From positions 1-64,000 of the IMG/VR virus record IMGVR_UViG_3300034989_000047: a stretch of 64,000 nucleotides of DNA, one strand, 5' to 3'. Below the pieces are notes generated by a model, which was not told the origin of the DNA, did no database searches, and saw only the letters and a program-made list of their open reading frames with translations. The DNA comes from a virus (taxonomy: Duplodnaviria > Caudoviricetes). Each line of letters opens with the position of its first letter. Position 1 is the first letter of the stretch. A program made the translations under genes and the position numbers. Shown here in pieces: positions 36,550-46,275 of the stretch.

Positions 36550-37070
36550 GTATGCTTTCAGTAGTTGCCCAGTTTCCCGGGAATCTTCAAAGTTTGTGGG
36601 AGGAGGCTGATGAGAATACTACGGTGTATGAAACGGCAGATTTGATAGAAGATTTTTGGGGGAATTGTGAAGTTTCAGGGTATCCTCAACCGGCCAATCA
36701 AACGAATGTTATTTTGCAGACATCGTATCCGGGGTTCGGTCTCATTTCTGAGCCGCTTTTATCTCATACAGCGGCGTATGCAGCTCAAGCTTTCGAGACG
36801 GGTTTGACAGCTTTATGTTTGGCTACAACTTTTATTTTGGTAGCGCCCCCTTCGGCCGTACCACCGATTTTTCCTGCACCCGGAGGGACGGCTACCCCGG
36901 GGTTGTTGACCGCGGCTTTGACCGCGATATTTACAAGCGGAGCTGCTCCAGGGGCGGTAACACCCACTGCTCCTTTGGTTGCAGCGGAGATACTCAAATT
37001 TTTAAATGGGTGGTTATGTAATGTTTTGATTCCGCCGGCCACGACGCCGGTTCCATTGCCAATAATATGA
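36546..37070 (+). CDS. Pro/Ala-rich hypothetical protein (possible spike tip)
   Basis: ATGA-coupled to the spike gene. Confidence 0.55.
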   Translation: MSMLSVVAQFPGNLQSLWEEADENTTVYETADLIEDFWGNCEVSGYPQPANQTNVILQTSYPGFGLISEPLLSHTAAYAAQAFETGLTALCLATTFILVAPPSAVPPIFPAPGGTATPGLLTAALTAIFTSGAAPGAVTPTAPLVAAEILKFLNGWLCNVLIPPATTPVPLPII

Positions 37071-37285
37071 AAAAGTTCGATGAAATTATTGTGAGAGATA
37101 CAGCCAAGGAAATTGCCCGGCGATGCAAAAAAGCACAAAGCCAGAGCCTTGCTGTAAGAGCTAAAGTTTTTGTTGATGTAGTCGTATTCCTTGCGGAGTA
37201 TCGAATAAATCAACTGGAAAAGCAGTTAAGAGCTCTTGCAGTGGTTACCCGAGATAGGGTTGAGAGGAGCAATAATCATGGCTGA
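37067..37285 (+). CDS. Small hypothetical protein
   Basis: ATGA-coupled; fills the operon gap. Confidence 0.55.
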   Translation: MKKFDEIIVRDTAKEIARRCKKAQSQSLAVRAKVFVDVVVFLAEYRINQLEKQLRALAVVTRDRVERSNNHG

Positions 37286-38228
37286 GTGGAAAAGCTTTAA
37301 TCCAAGTGACTTAATGCCCAATGAAATTATGGACTTAGCTTCAACATGCAGTTCTGTGGGAGACCAGGTTGCCACAGTTTTGGATGCCGCGGCAACAGTG
37401 TTGGATGTAATAAAGAATTTTGTTTCGGGGTATAATGACCCGTTAGCTTCTGTCATCGATTCGTTACAGGATTTGATAATGTCCACTGTTCAGCAGTTTA
37501 CCCAGGCCGGGGTTTATATGCTGAAGCATGTTCCGTTATCTTCTAAGATTCCTGCGAGTCCTACGAAGTGGCTGTATGACGTGGCGAGTTCTTTGGACGA
37601 TGTCTATGATGAAAATCGGCCGATATTGGTTGACCCTAATGCCTATATAGGAGCCGTAGTTTTCATGGCAACATCCCAATACTACAAAGATTTGATGAGT
37701 TTGTTCTATGGTATGCTGAGATTGTTTGGACTGGCCGGGCCTACAGAAGACCAAATAGCTGCTTGGAAAGATATCGGAGTTGACATCCCCATAGTTCCTG
37801 GAGTTGGGAGGGCACCTGATTGGGAGTCAAAGCGAATGATTGATTTCATTCCTGAGTTGGGGACTCTTGCCGATTTGCTTATCAACTTCTCTTTGGGGAT
37901 AGCCGCAGCTCAGGGGGCTTCGGATTTGTACGGTATGTTCGCCGATCAGCTTGCGGCAAAAGCGGAAGCATTGAGGTCCATTGCTGACGATGCAGCGTCG
38001 ATTGCCAGCAAGTTTGAGCAGAATATGGGGTTTGAGGGGGCTTATATGCTGCCTATCTATGGACAAGGGGATAAGGAGTGGTTACAGAGTCAACTGATCA
38101 ATTCTACTGGAGGGCCTAGGGATATACGGGATGCACAGTTCTCCCTAGGTGTGGTATTCTTGGCTACAGGAGGCACATCAACCCCGGCCGATTTGTTGTT
38201 TACATTGATGGGGTTGAGTACGGAGTAA
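37278..38228 (+). CDS. Hypothetical baseplate-region protein
   Basis: GAGGAG RBS; helical; GRAPDWES. Confidence 0.65.
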   Translation: MAEWKSFNPSDLMPNEIMDLASTCSSVGDQVATVLDAAATVLDVIKNFVSGYNDPLASVIDSLQDLIMSTVQQFTQAGVYMLKHVPLSSKIPASPTKWLYDVASSLDDVYDENRPILVDPNAYIGAVVFMATSQYYKDLMSLFYGMLRLFGLAGPTEDQIAAWKDIGVDIPIVPGVGRAPDWESKRMIDFIPELGTLADLLINFSLGIAAAQGASDLYGMFADQLAAKAEALRSIADDAASIASKFEQNMGFEGAYMLPIYGQGDKEWLQSQLINSTGGPRDIRDAQFSLGVVFLATGGTSTPADLLFTLMGLSTE

Positions 38229-38234
38229 TTCATT

Positions 38235-38603
38235 ATGGACTATCCGCAGGGAATAAAGTTTCCATTTCGTATTCAGCCAGCCGGAGGCGTGGGTTTGGTA
38301 AACTCCGGTATGAAAATAACCTCTAATCTGCATGCTTTGATTTTAACCTTTGTGAATGAAAGACTGATTTACAAGGATGTGGGTACTATAGGATATATGG
38401 CCGTGCTCAGAGCTAATAGTATGGTAGGACTATTGCGACATTTAATAGAGGAAGCCATTACTTCGTTTGAGCCGAGAGCTGCAAGAGTGCGGGTCGAAGT
38501 CATCCCTAGAGAAGAGTCGGGCACTCAGCGGGTGTATGTAAAAGTTTCATATGTTTTTACTCTTTCGGGTGAAATGGTCTATAGTGAGTTAAGGTTAATT
38601 TAG
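38235..38603 (+). CDS. Baseplate wedge gp25/gpW-like
   Basis: GIKFPFRI, ER..GT, IEEAITSFEPRARV. Confidence 0.85.
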   Translation: MDYPQGIKFPFRIQPAGGVGLVNSGMKITSNLHALILTFVNERLIYKDVGTIGYMAVLRANSMVGLLRHLIEEAITSFEPRAARVRVEVIPREESGTQRVYVKVSYVFTLSGEMVYSELRLI

Positions 38604-38611
38604 GAGGCACG

Positions 38612-40378
38612 ATGCCTACAATAACACTGCTTTCAGGTAATGTGGCACACATCAATTTGGAGTCCCGTGATTTTGAAAGTTTTAGGAATGATATAGTTGG
38701 TGAAGGGGGTTTAGCTGATTTATACCTGCCCAACTGGACGGATAGGTCTCCCCTAGACCTTGGGGTAGCGTTAACAGAGGTGATGGCATTTTTTGCGGAT
38801 AACCTGTCATACTATCAAGATAGGTGTGCAAATGAGGCATTACCCTTAACTTGCATAGAGAGACGTTCGGTAATTGAGCATTGTCGATGGATAGGGTATG
38901 AGCTTCAGCCGATTCAGGGGGCTTCTGTTGATTTGACTATTGTCACCAATGGAAGCGGCACGATGCCGGCAGGAACTAAGATACAGGTAGATACTTCTGA
39001 TGGGTCAAAGCAGGCAACCTTTGAGTTGTATGAAGATTTTGTTTCTACTGGGGCAGGAACGTATATTGCACAGCTTGCGGTTCACGGGGAGTCCCGGGAG
39101 GATACCCCTCAGTCGAGTTCCGGTGGAGCAGGTCAGCAGTTTACCTTGCAGGCGGCGCCGATGGCGTTAGGGCCGGACGGTAGCCCGAGTCTTGAAGTAT
39201 GGATTGAAGAGGGTGGACCAGCAGAGATATGGACGCTAGTTGGGAATTTTATCGAGTCTTCGGCTACCGATAAAGTCTACCGTATTTATACGGATGAAAA
39301 CGATATTACAACGGTAGAGTTTGGCGATGGTGTGAAGGGGAAAATCCCGGATGCTGGAGTAGGAAATATTGTCTTCAAGTATCGCGTTGGTGGGGGTGTT
39401 GAGGGAAATCAGGTAGGTCCGAATAAGCTCACAAGGTTTCCGGCACAGCATACTTTTGTGGATTCCGTAACGAACCCATTAAGGCCCTCCGGAGGGCAAG
39501 AAAAGGAGTCAGTAGAAACAGCAAAGGTTAATGCTCCGGCGAGTTTAATCTCGATGGAGAGAGCTGTAAGGCATGATGATTTTGCTGTTCAGGCTATGAA
39601 GGTTTCAGGGGTCGCTTCTGCAAGTGCCAGCAGGGATTCTCGAAGCCCTTTGATTGAGATTGTAACGCTTGCGGCTTATGGGGAGAATCCGGTTCCTACA
39701 GGTACTTGGAATAAGTGGACACAATCAGGTAGCGGACTGCTCGGTCAGGTAGGAGAGCATTTACTGACGTTGTGTACTGTCCCGATTATTCTTGATATTA
39801 GGCCATGTCGTCCGATTTATGCAAATGTGGCTTTCGAGGTGTTCTTCATACGTACGATACATGTTGAAGACGGGCTGGCCGCAGTTCGGAGTACTATTAG
39901 GGATTATTTTTCTTCGGAAAGTCGGGAGATAGGTGTGCTGTGCCCCGTATCGGGTCTAATCGCACGGATAGAGCAGACATATGGGGTTGATTATCTCAAT
40001 ACTTTGAGGTTTCAAAGAACACCCCTAGAGAGAAGGCTGTCTGGACTCAATTCGGACATAACTTTTCAGATGATTAAAGTTGGACCGGAGACCTTACAGG
40101 ATAGGCATACTATAACCTTTATAACTCCGAGTACTTTTGAAGTGTATTCGGAGCAGTATGGGCAGCAGATGGGGGTTGGTTCGTTAGATTCGACTTACAC
40201 TACAGATGATGGAGGTTTTTCTTTTAAAATCTCAAGCGGATCATATCCACCAATGGTTAAAGAAAAGTGGGAAATAGTAACAGGGGCTTATGTGGGTAAC
40301 ATAGATCTGGATTATGATGAAGTCTGTGTGCTATCCGAGGATGAGGAAATACCCATAACACCGAGAGTTGCTGATTAA
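38612..40378 (+). CDS. Baseplate J-like protein
   Basis: RDFESFR, PNWTD..DLGVAL, LSYYQDR.ANE, VEFGDGVKGKIP, YRVGGG..GN, RAVRHDDF. Confidence 0.88.
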   Translation: MPTITLLSGNVAHINLESRDFESFRNDIVGEGGLADLYLPNWTDRSPLDLGVALTEVMAFFADNLSYYQDRCANEALPLTCIERRSVIEHCRWIGYELQPIQGASVDLTIVTNGSGTMPAGTKIQVDTSDGSKQATFELYEDFVSTGAGTYIAQLAVHGESREDTPQSSSGGAGQQFTLQAAPMALGPDGSPSLEVWIEEGGPAEIWTLVGNFIESSATDKVYRIYTDENDITTVEFGDGVKGKIPDAGVGNIVFKYRVGGGVEGNQVGPNKLTRFPAQHTFVDSVTNPLRPSGGQEKESVETAKVNAPASLISMERAVRHDDFAVQAMKVSGVASASASRDSRSPLIEIVTLAAYGENPVPTGTWNKWTQSGSGLLGQVGEHLLTLCTVPIILDIRPCRPIYANVAFEVFFIRTIHVEDGLAAVRSTIRDYFSSESREIGVLCPVSGLIARIEQTYGVDYLNTLRFQRTPLERRLSGLNSDITFQMIKVGPETLQDRHTITFITPSTFEVYSEQYGQQMGVGSLDSTYTTDDGGFSFKISSGSYPPMVKEKWEIVTGAYVGNIDLDYDEVCVLSEDEEIPITPRVAD

Positions 40379-40758
40379 TGGAATTACTTAATACCCTCAC
40401 TAAGTTCAGGGCCGATAGGCTATATCAGCCGTTGGACAATCTCATTAGAAGGGATATTAATGATAATTCAGTTGAGACCATTATTGTTGGGAGTGTTTTA
40501 GAGAATCGCAAAGTTAATATTGAGTATGGATTAGAGCTTACTATAGCGAATAGGTTTCAGACCGGGGAGTTGATTTTAATTCAGGATTCATCAGGCATAG
40601 GTTTAAGTCATCGATACAGTTTTTCTGAGCCTGAAATTAGCGAAGTTGAATTTAGTTCTGGAATAGTAGGAGTTAATATTCAACTTTATATTCAGTGTAC
40701 TGGGATAGGTGAAAATCCCATATTTCGGTATAGGTATACAACCATACCGGTTACCTAG
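40378..40758 (+). CDS. Hypothetical virion protein
   Basis: Coupled to baseplate J; beta-rich. Confidence 0.6.
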   Translation: MELLNTLTKFRADRLYQPLDNLIRRDINDNSVETIIVGSVLENRKVNIEYGLELTIANRFQTGELILIQDSSGIGLSHRYSFSEPEISEVEFSSGIVGVNIQLYIQCTGIGENPIFRYRYTTIPVT

Positions 40759-40769
40759 GAGGGTATCGA

Positions 40770-41582
40770 ATGGCTTCTAAGCATTATGAATTGTCGGGTA
40801 TTGATAGCAATGTTGAAATTGGAAAAAGGGGTCCGAGGGTTAAGGATAACAGTGGTGCTGTAGAGTTTCGGAATCAAGCCGACGATGATTTTGTCGTTGT
40901 CCGTGGTGCGGACCCGGTAGCTGCAAATGATTTCGTCACCAAGCGGTATATGGAGACCCGGGCTTCGGTTTATGTTACCGGGCAGATTGACGGGGGATCT
41001 CCACCGGCTGCGGGGACTCCGGGAAGAGTGTTCATATGCACCACTACAGGTGGTGGGTACACTATTAATTATCTCTACTGGGATAACGGAGTTACGTGGG
41101 ATGAGATTGTTCCGGCTGAGGGGCAAGTGGTGTCTGTCACCGATGATCTTTCAGGAGGAACGGTAGAGTTCACAGGAGACCATCTCTATCTTTGGGATGC
41201 CGACGGAAGTGCCTGGGTAGACCTCGGGCCGACGCCGGCGGCACAGGAGGTTGTGAAGTCGTCGAGACTGGCTTTTGATTATGCCGATGTTGGAGCAAAT
41301 TTGATTGTCAATGTCCCGGCAAACGCGATTGTAACCAAGGTTATTCTCAATGTCACTCAAGCGTGGGATGTAAACCAGCCGTATGTTGAGGTAGGAGATG
41401 CCGCAGACGCCGACCGGCTGATGCAAGAGAAGGGAAACGACTTAGCGAAGGTTGGGGTTCAGGTTACCGACGCAGGATATCTCTATGGAGTGGCAACCGA
41501 CGTGAATGTGACTTTGAGCAACAATGGAGGTACTCCTACACAAGGGCAGGCGATTATCGTTGTTCATTATGACCTGATTTAG
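40770..41582 (+). CDS. Virion structural / fibre-associated protein
   Basis: ADPVAANDFVTKRY fibre-like motif; C-terminal VPANAIV..VGDAADADR domain. Confidence 0.65.
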   Translation: MASKHYELSGIDSNVEIGKRGPRVKDNSGAVEFRNQADDDFVVVRGADPVAANDFVTKRYMETRASVYVTGQIDGGSPPAAGTPGRVFICTTTGGGYTINYLYWDNGVTWDEIVPAEGQVVSVTDDLSGGTVEFTGDHLYLWDADGSAWVDLGPTPAAQEVVKSSRLAFDYADVGANLIVNVPANAIVTKVILNVTQAWDVNQPYVEVGDAADADRLMQEKGNDLAKVGVQVTDAGYLYGVATDVNVTLSNNGGTPTQGQAIIVVHYDLI

Positions 41583-41589
41583 GTGAAGA

Positions 41590-41844
41590 ATGGGTAATGT
41601 AAAAGCGGGCAACCTTGAAGGGACATTGCAAGAGGAGTTCTATATCGGGAAGGGGGATATAGATACTCCAGGACAGAATATTATAGGACTTCGAACTGAT
41701 GGTTCTGGGAACGCTGAGTATAAAGAAGCTGGGGGTTCCTGGAAGCCATTTAGTTCGTTTGATGTAGATAGTATTCTTGTGGATGACGTAACAGGTGAAG
41801 TGTTAACAGACGACGTTCTTGGTAACGTTTTGGTAAGAGAGTAA
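41590..41844 (+). CDS. Small virion-associated protein
   Basis: In operon; AGGTG RBS. Confidence 0.6.
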   Translation: MGNVKAGNLEGTLQEEFYIGKGDIDTPGQNIIGLRTDGSGNAEYKEAGGSWKPFSSFDVDSILVDDVTGEVLTDDVLGNVLVRE

Positions 41845-41847
41845 AGC

Positions 41848-42792
41848 ATGAGTTTTCATTCGACAGTCAGTCTAGGAGCAAGGCATGGTCCGCATAATTG
41901 GGAGTATGCAAATCAGGCCGCAAGGGAGGGTGCTACCGGTTTTCTTTCTACCGATGTCTATAAAGTCGCTTTGCAGCTAGACGATTTGTCTTTATGGCTC
42001 TTGGTTGATACTTCCCCTACTTGGCAAGCGTTCGGTACCCTATCCGCTCACGGCGATCTTTCAGGGTTGCCCGCACCTGCGGACGACCATACTCAGTACT
42101 TGCACATCGACGGTAGAAGAGCGATGTCAGGTAATTTGAGTTTGGGTGGAAATGCAATTACCAGTGTAGGTAATGTTGACGGTCGAGACGTTTCGGCTGA
42201 TGGGTCCACTTTGGATTCTCATGTAGGAAATACTTCAAACCCTCACAGCGTGTCAGCGGCGCAGGTGGGGGCTATACCGGCTATCTCGAGTCCTGCTCAT
42301 GGGGATATTATCTATCGAGGGTCTTCAGCGTGGGACCGCCTAGCTGCTGGAACTTCAGGGTATTTGTTGCAGACCAACGGAGCAGGGGTGGCACCTTCTT
42401 GGGTTGAAGCCCCGGTAGGAATGGTTACAGTTGCAAGTGGAGTTAGTGAGGCTGAGTCAAGTACAACGTCGTCATCATTTCAACAGAAGCTTAGAGTTAC
42501 AACTCCTTCTTTGACTAACGGATTGTCTTATTTGATTCAATGGTCTTGCGAAATAGGGGCATGGGCTGATGAGGATGTTGAGTTTCGAATGCAGCTTGAC
42601 GATACCACAACCATAGCCACACATTCCTGGAAGAACAATCCGTATGTCACGCGATATATGCCATGTAGTGGTTTTTACCCGAGTTCGGCGTTGAGCGGTG
42701 CAGTCAACATTGATATGGATTGGAATAATGCGTATGGGTTTAACCCTGCGTATATCAGAAGAGCTCGCATAATGATTTTCCAGCTCCCCTAG
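41848..42792 (+). CDS. Tail fibre-like protein
   Basis: HGDLSGL..DDHTQY, GNVDGRDVSADG, NPHSVSAAQVG, GTSGYLLQTNGAG fibre motifs. Confidence 0.75.
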   Translation: MSFHSTVSLGARHGPHNWEYANQAAREGATGFLSTDVYKVALQLDDLSLWLLVDTSPTWQAFGTLSAHGDLSGLPAPADDHTQYLHIDGRRAMSGNLSLGGNAITSVGNVDGRDVSADGSTLDSHVGNTSNPHSVSAAQVGAIPAISSPAHGDIIYRGSSAWDRLAAGTSGYLLQTNGAGVAPSWVEAPVGMVTVASGVSEAESSTTSSSFQQKLRVTTPSLTNGLSYLIQWSCEIGAWADEDVEFRMQLDDTTTIATHSWKNNPYVTRYMPCSGFYPSSALSGAVNIDMDWNNAYGFNPAYIRRARIMIFQLP

Positions 42793-42812
42793 AGAAAGGC
42801 AGAGGGCATTAC

Positions 42813-44459
42813 ATGGCTATCTATACGTATTATAAGTCTACAGATTTTCCAGCACAAAAAGTTGCACCGGGGAAACTGCATAAAGAAATAGCAGAGAGTA
42901 GTATTACCGTTGATCTAAATGGTATAACTACTCAGGGTAATGAGGATGAAGTTTATTTAGATTTTGATGGGACATTGTCTTCTGGCGAAGAAGCCACTCT
43001 TGACGCGATTGTTGCAGCACACGGTGGGGACGAAGACCCAGCACAGAGTTCTGAGATAACTGAGTTTTTGGATATTAATACCATTGTTACAGATCCAACA
43101 ACGAGTTTGTATGGTCCGTTTTTTATAATGCAGTTAATGTTGAACAGGAAAGCCTTGTATAATGACAGTGATAGTCCATTATACGAAGCAGGGTACACTC
43201 CTTTGTTGGGGGAGCTGGGTTCTGTACAATATCTTTTAGACATCCACGAAAAGACAGGATGGCATAGGGTGGAGCTAATGCAAGCAAGATATTCTAAGCC
43301 AAAAGCTTTGTTGATCTATTATGGGTATTTGAACTCCTTTAATTACTCCAACAATTCTTGGAATAATGAATTAGTCGCTCAAGATATGGCTAAGTATAGT
43401 CTTATAGTCTTAGGTGGGTCCATTGTTAGGCATGAGTCGGGAAGCCATACTGGGAGCAATGGGGCAGCATCCCTAGAGGACACGAGTAAGAGCTGGGAGA
43501 CAAATGAGCTCGTTGGGCTTACTGTAACAAACAGTACCGACGGGAGTTCTGGTACAATAACAGCCAATACGGCTACTACAGTCACGGCCACGTTATCTGG
43601 GGGTACCGATAATGATTGGGATACTGATGACGTGTATGATATTCGTCATCCAGACTATACAAACGCTTCGACTATCATAGCTAGGGTAAAAGCTCTTAAT
43701 CCGAGAACGAAGATTTTTGGATACGTGAAAACTCCACTTGAGTATACACCCTGGACAGCTCGGGTTAACGAGTGGGATGCAGAGGGGGTTCATGGGATCT
43801 TTATGGATGAGTCCGGGTATGATTATGGTACTACATCCACAAATAGCAGGACTGCGTTCAACACTAAGGTTGACTTTGTTCACGGTAAAACCAATTCGAA
43901 CCTTTGTTTTGTTAATTCTTGGAATATGGATCATGTGCTGGGTACAGTGAACGATGCCTCATACCCAAACACTACGTGGAATCCAAGTTTAGTTGAGTCC
44001 AATTTGACTTGGGATGATTATTATTTGCTTGAGAGTTTTGCGGTTAATACTTCGGCATATTCCGCGAACAATGGATATGAGTCAAAGGCCAATTGGGCGT
44101 ATAGAGGGGCTAAGGCCATCGCTCATCGATATACGTATGGAATTAATCTTGTAGGTTCTGGAATAGTCTCTAATGGAAACGCAAATGGGAGCGACCTTTT
44201 CAACTTTGGGTTTATTTCAGCTTTGATGTTTGCTTTGGAGGCTTTTGGAACAAGCGATGCTTATTATGGGGCTTCGTCCGCGGAAGTCGATTGGTGGAGT
44301 AGGCCAGATGTTTCTGACATGGGTTTAGTTTATGAAGTTACGCCGGTTATTCAAGTAGATGCAGGTGATTCGGATGTCTATCACAGATATGTCGAGTTTG
44401 GTAAATTGTCGCTGGACTTTTCTACCGGGGCACAGAGCTCAAGTATTACGAAGTACTAG
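42813..44459 (+). CDS. Virion protein with putative TIM-barrel glycoside hydrolase domain (spherulin-4/GH114-like)
   Basis: KALNPRTKIFGYV ... W..GVHGIFMDESGYDYG ... CFVNSWN ... LLESF. Confidence 0.6.
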   Translation: MAIYTYYKSTDFPAQKVAPGKLHKEIAESSITVDLNGITTQGNEDEVYLDFDGTLSSGEEATLDAIVAAHGGDEDPAQSSEITEFLDINTIVTDPTTSLYGPFFIMQLMLNRKALYNDSDSPLYEAGYTPLLGELGSVQYLLDIHEKTGWHRVELMQARYSKPKALLIYYGYLNSFNYSNNSWNNELVAQDMAKYSLIVLGGSIVRHESGSHTGSNGAASLEDTSKSWETNELVGLTVTNSTDGSSGTITANTATTVTATLSGGTDNDWDTDDVYDIRHPDYTNASTIIARVKALNPRTKIFGYVKTPLEYTPWTARVNEWDAEGVHGIFMDESGYDYGTTSTNSRTAFNTKVDFVHGKTNSNLCFVNSWNMDHVLGTVNDASYPNTTWNPSLVESNLTWDDYYLLESFAVNTSAYSANNGYESKANWAYRGAKAIAHRYTYGINLVGSGIVSNGNANGSDLFNFGFISALMFALEAFGTSDAYYGASSAEVDWWSRPDVSDMGLVYEVTPVIQVDAGDSDVYHRYVEFGKLSLDFSTGAQSSSITKY

Positions 44460-44561
44460 GGTTAGGGATATTGGTTTGTGTATTGCGTAAGTATGCTCTG
44501 ATTTTAGGATTAGAGCGTATTGGTATTGAGCATGTTCTTGGGGAAGACATGGAGTTTGGGT

Positions 44562-45071
44562 ATGGACAAAAGGGATGTTCCATCAGAGCCGACTGGAGTG
44601 AGGCAGCAAGATATTCGGGCATTACATGCCCGAATAATGGAGTTGGAGCTTCGCATGAAAGCCGAGTTGGACAGAAAAAAGGACGCAAAAGTTGTAGACC
44701 TGGAAGTCGTACAGCTCAAAGAAGCTGTAAGCAAGCATGAATGCAGCCAGATTACTCGTATAGAGCTTATGTCGTCGAGCATGTCGGCCATTCAGAAGAG
44801 TATAAGCAATATTGAGGGAAGCATTAGCCGATGGAAATCTTTTCGTCTAGGAGGAGTGCTCGCGATCGTTCTAGCGCTGATTTCCGGGGCAACCTATATA
44901 ATCAGGGCTGAAACGAAAGCAGATACAGTTAGCACTTCGGTAAAACGGATTGAAGAAGACGTAGCCGAGATGAGGGAGCAGTTCGACGGGATAACCCCGA
45001 AGAAAGAGGCCGATGAAGAGACTTTAAACGTTATTCGAAGTACGATAATGGAAGCCCTTTCCGGGAGGTAA
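44562..45071 (+). CDS. Coiled-coil membrane protein
   Basis: Single TM segment GGVLAIVLALISGATYII flanked by coiled coils. Confidence 0.65.
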   Translation: MDKRDVPSEPTGVRQQDIRALHARIMELELRMKAELDRKKDAKVVDLEVVQLKEAVSKHECSQITRIELMSSSMSAIQKSISNIEGSISRWKSFRLGGVLAIVLALISGATYIIRAETKADTVSTSVKRIEEDVAEMREQFDGITPKKEADEETLNVIRSTIMEALSGR

Positions 45072-45072
45072 C

Positions 45073-45672
45073 GTGGAGACACATGTAAGGCAGGTAGGGG
45101 AAGTTGTAATATCGCAGTTCCCTATATTTGATGAAGACGGTGTTTCGTATCTATCAGGTGTGCTTCCGAGTTCTTTTGATATTTCCCAGTTTCGCAATGA
45201 CACCGAGGTTGCGGTTACAGCTACAGTTTCGGAGATAGGTACCAGCGGGATTTATCAAGTTACGTTCACCCCCACCGATTCGGCGCAGTGGGCTATCGTG
45301 GTAAAGCTTCCGAGTACAGGTGACGTTTGGGGCATGCATGTTACCTCATTTGTTGAAGACTTCAATGGGGTATCGGAGGCGCAAATGAACGCGGCATACG
45401 ATGAGGACACTTCGATACTCTTTCTAGAGATGTGGTTGGATAGGAATGGAGAGACGGTGCTTACTGGGCTGGTTTCGGCCAGTGTTGAGGTGTACGACGA
45501 CTTAGAGAATCTTTTATTTTCAGGAAGTTCGAGTACACCTAAAGTCGATGGTCGGTTTAGTGTGTCAGGTGTTGTTTCTCTAGTGGAGAACCGGCCGCAC
45601 AATGCAGTGGTTTCTATAACTGATAGTCTGGGAACGGTCGTAACCGGACAGGCTTTCACCACGGTGGGTTAG
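45073..45672 (+). CDS. Ig-like virion protein
   Basis: VSEIGTSGIYQVTFTP beta-sandwich motif. Confidence 0.6.
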   Translation: METHVRQVGEVVISQFPIFDEDGVSYLSGVLPSSFDISQFRNDTEVAVTATVSEIGTSGIYQVTFTPTDSAQWAIVVKLPSTGDVWGMHVTSFVEDFNGVSEAQMNAAYDEDTSILFLEMWLDRNGETVLTGLVSASVEVYDDLENLLFSGSSSTPKVDGRFSVSGVVSLVENRPHNAVVSITDSLGTVVTGQAFTTVG

Positions 45673-45905
45673 TGTTTTTAATATCGAAAAATAAGCGGTC
45701 TCAAGTGCTGTTTCGTCGGGGGTTGGAGGGGGATAAGCCACCGGATATTTTCTTTGAGTCGCCGCTTAGGGTAACAACAGAAAGACTGATTACTATGGTG
45801 GATTCACTTAATACAGTGGTGGCGTCAGAGTACGAGTGCAAAGTTGTGGATGAATTAACAATATCCCTTGAGAATGAGCCTGTGTTATCTTTGGGTTGTG
45901 AGTAG
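45672..45905 (+). CDS. Small hypothetical protein
   Basis: Fills the operon gap; coupled to the upstream stop. Confidence 0.5.
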   Translation: MFLISKNKRSQVLFRRGLEGDKPPDIFFESPLRVTTERLITMVDSLNTVVASEYECKVVDELTISLENEPVLSLGCE

Positions 45906-45913
45906 GAGGGTCT

Positions 45914-46267
45914 ATGAGTGTTCCTAATGTTTTAAGGGTGGTGAAGAAACGGCATTCTCAAAGGCCATACCTTAGAGTGAGAGTCAGCGGGTCCGATGAG
46001 ACCCCTTTTGATTTCACGGGTGCCTTGTCAGTCACGTTCACTATGGTCAATAGAATAAGTGGAGTTGAGAAGGTCAATTCGGCCGGGGTTATTGTAAGTC
46101 CGGTTACAGAGGGCCTACTCGAGTATCAGTGGAAGGCTGTTGATGTAGATACCGCCGGAGAATATATTGCAGAGTTTGACGTGGATTACGGGGCTGGGGA
46201 AACGATGACACTTCCAGAAAATGGTAATATTTTGGTTACTATTTTTGAGGATGTAAACGACGAGTAG
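45914..46267 (+). CDS. BppU-N-like baseplate/fibre adaptor
   Basis: PFDFTGA..VTFTM..GLLEYQW..DVDTAGEYIAEFDV..TLP. Confidence 0.7.
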   Translation: MSVPNVLRVVKKRHSQRPYLRVRVSGSDETPFDFTGALSVTFTMVNRISGVEKVNSAGVIVSPVTEGLLEYQWKAVDVDTAGEYIAEFDVDYGAGETMTLPENGNILVTIFEDVNDE

Positions 46268-46275
46268 GTGATACT

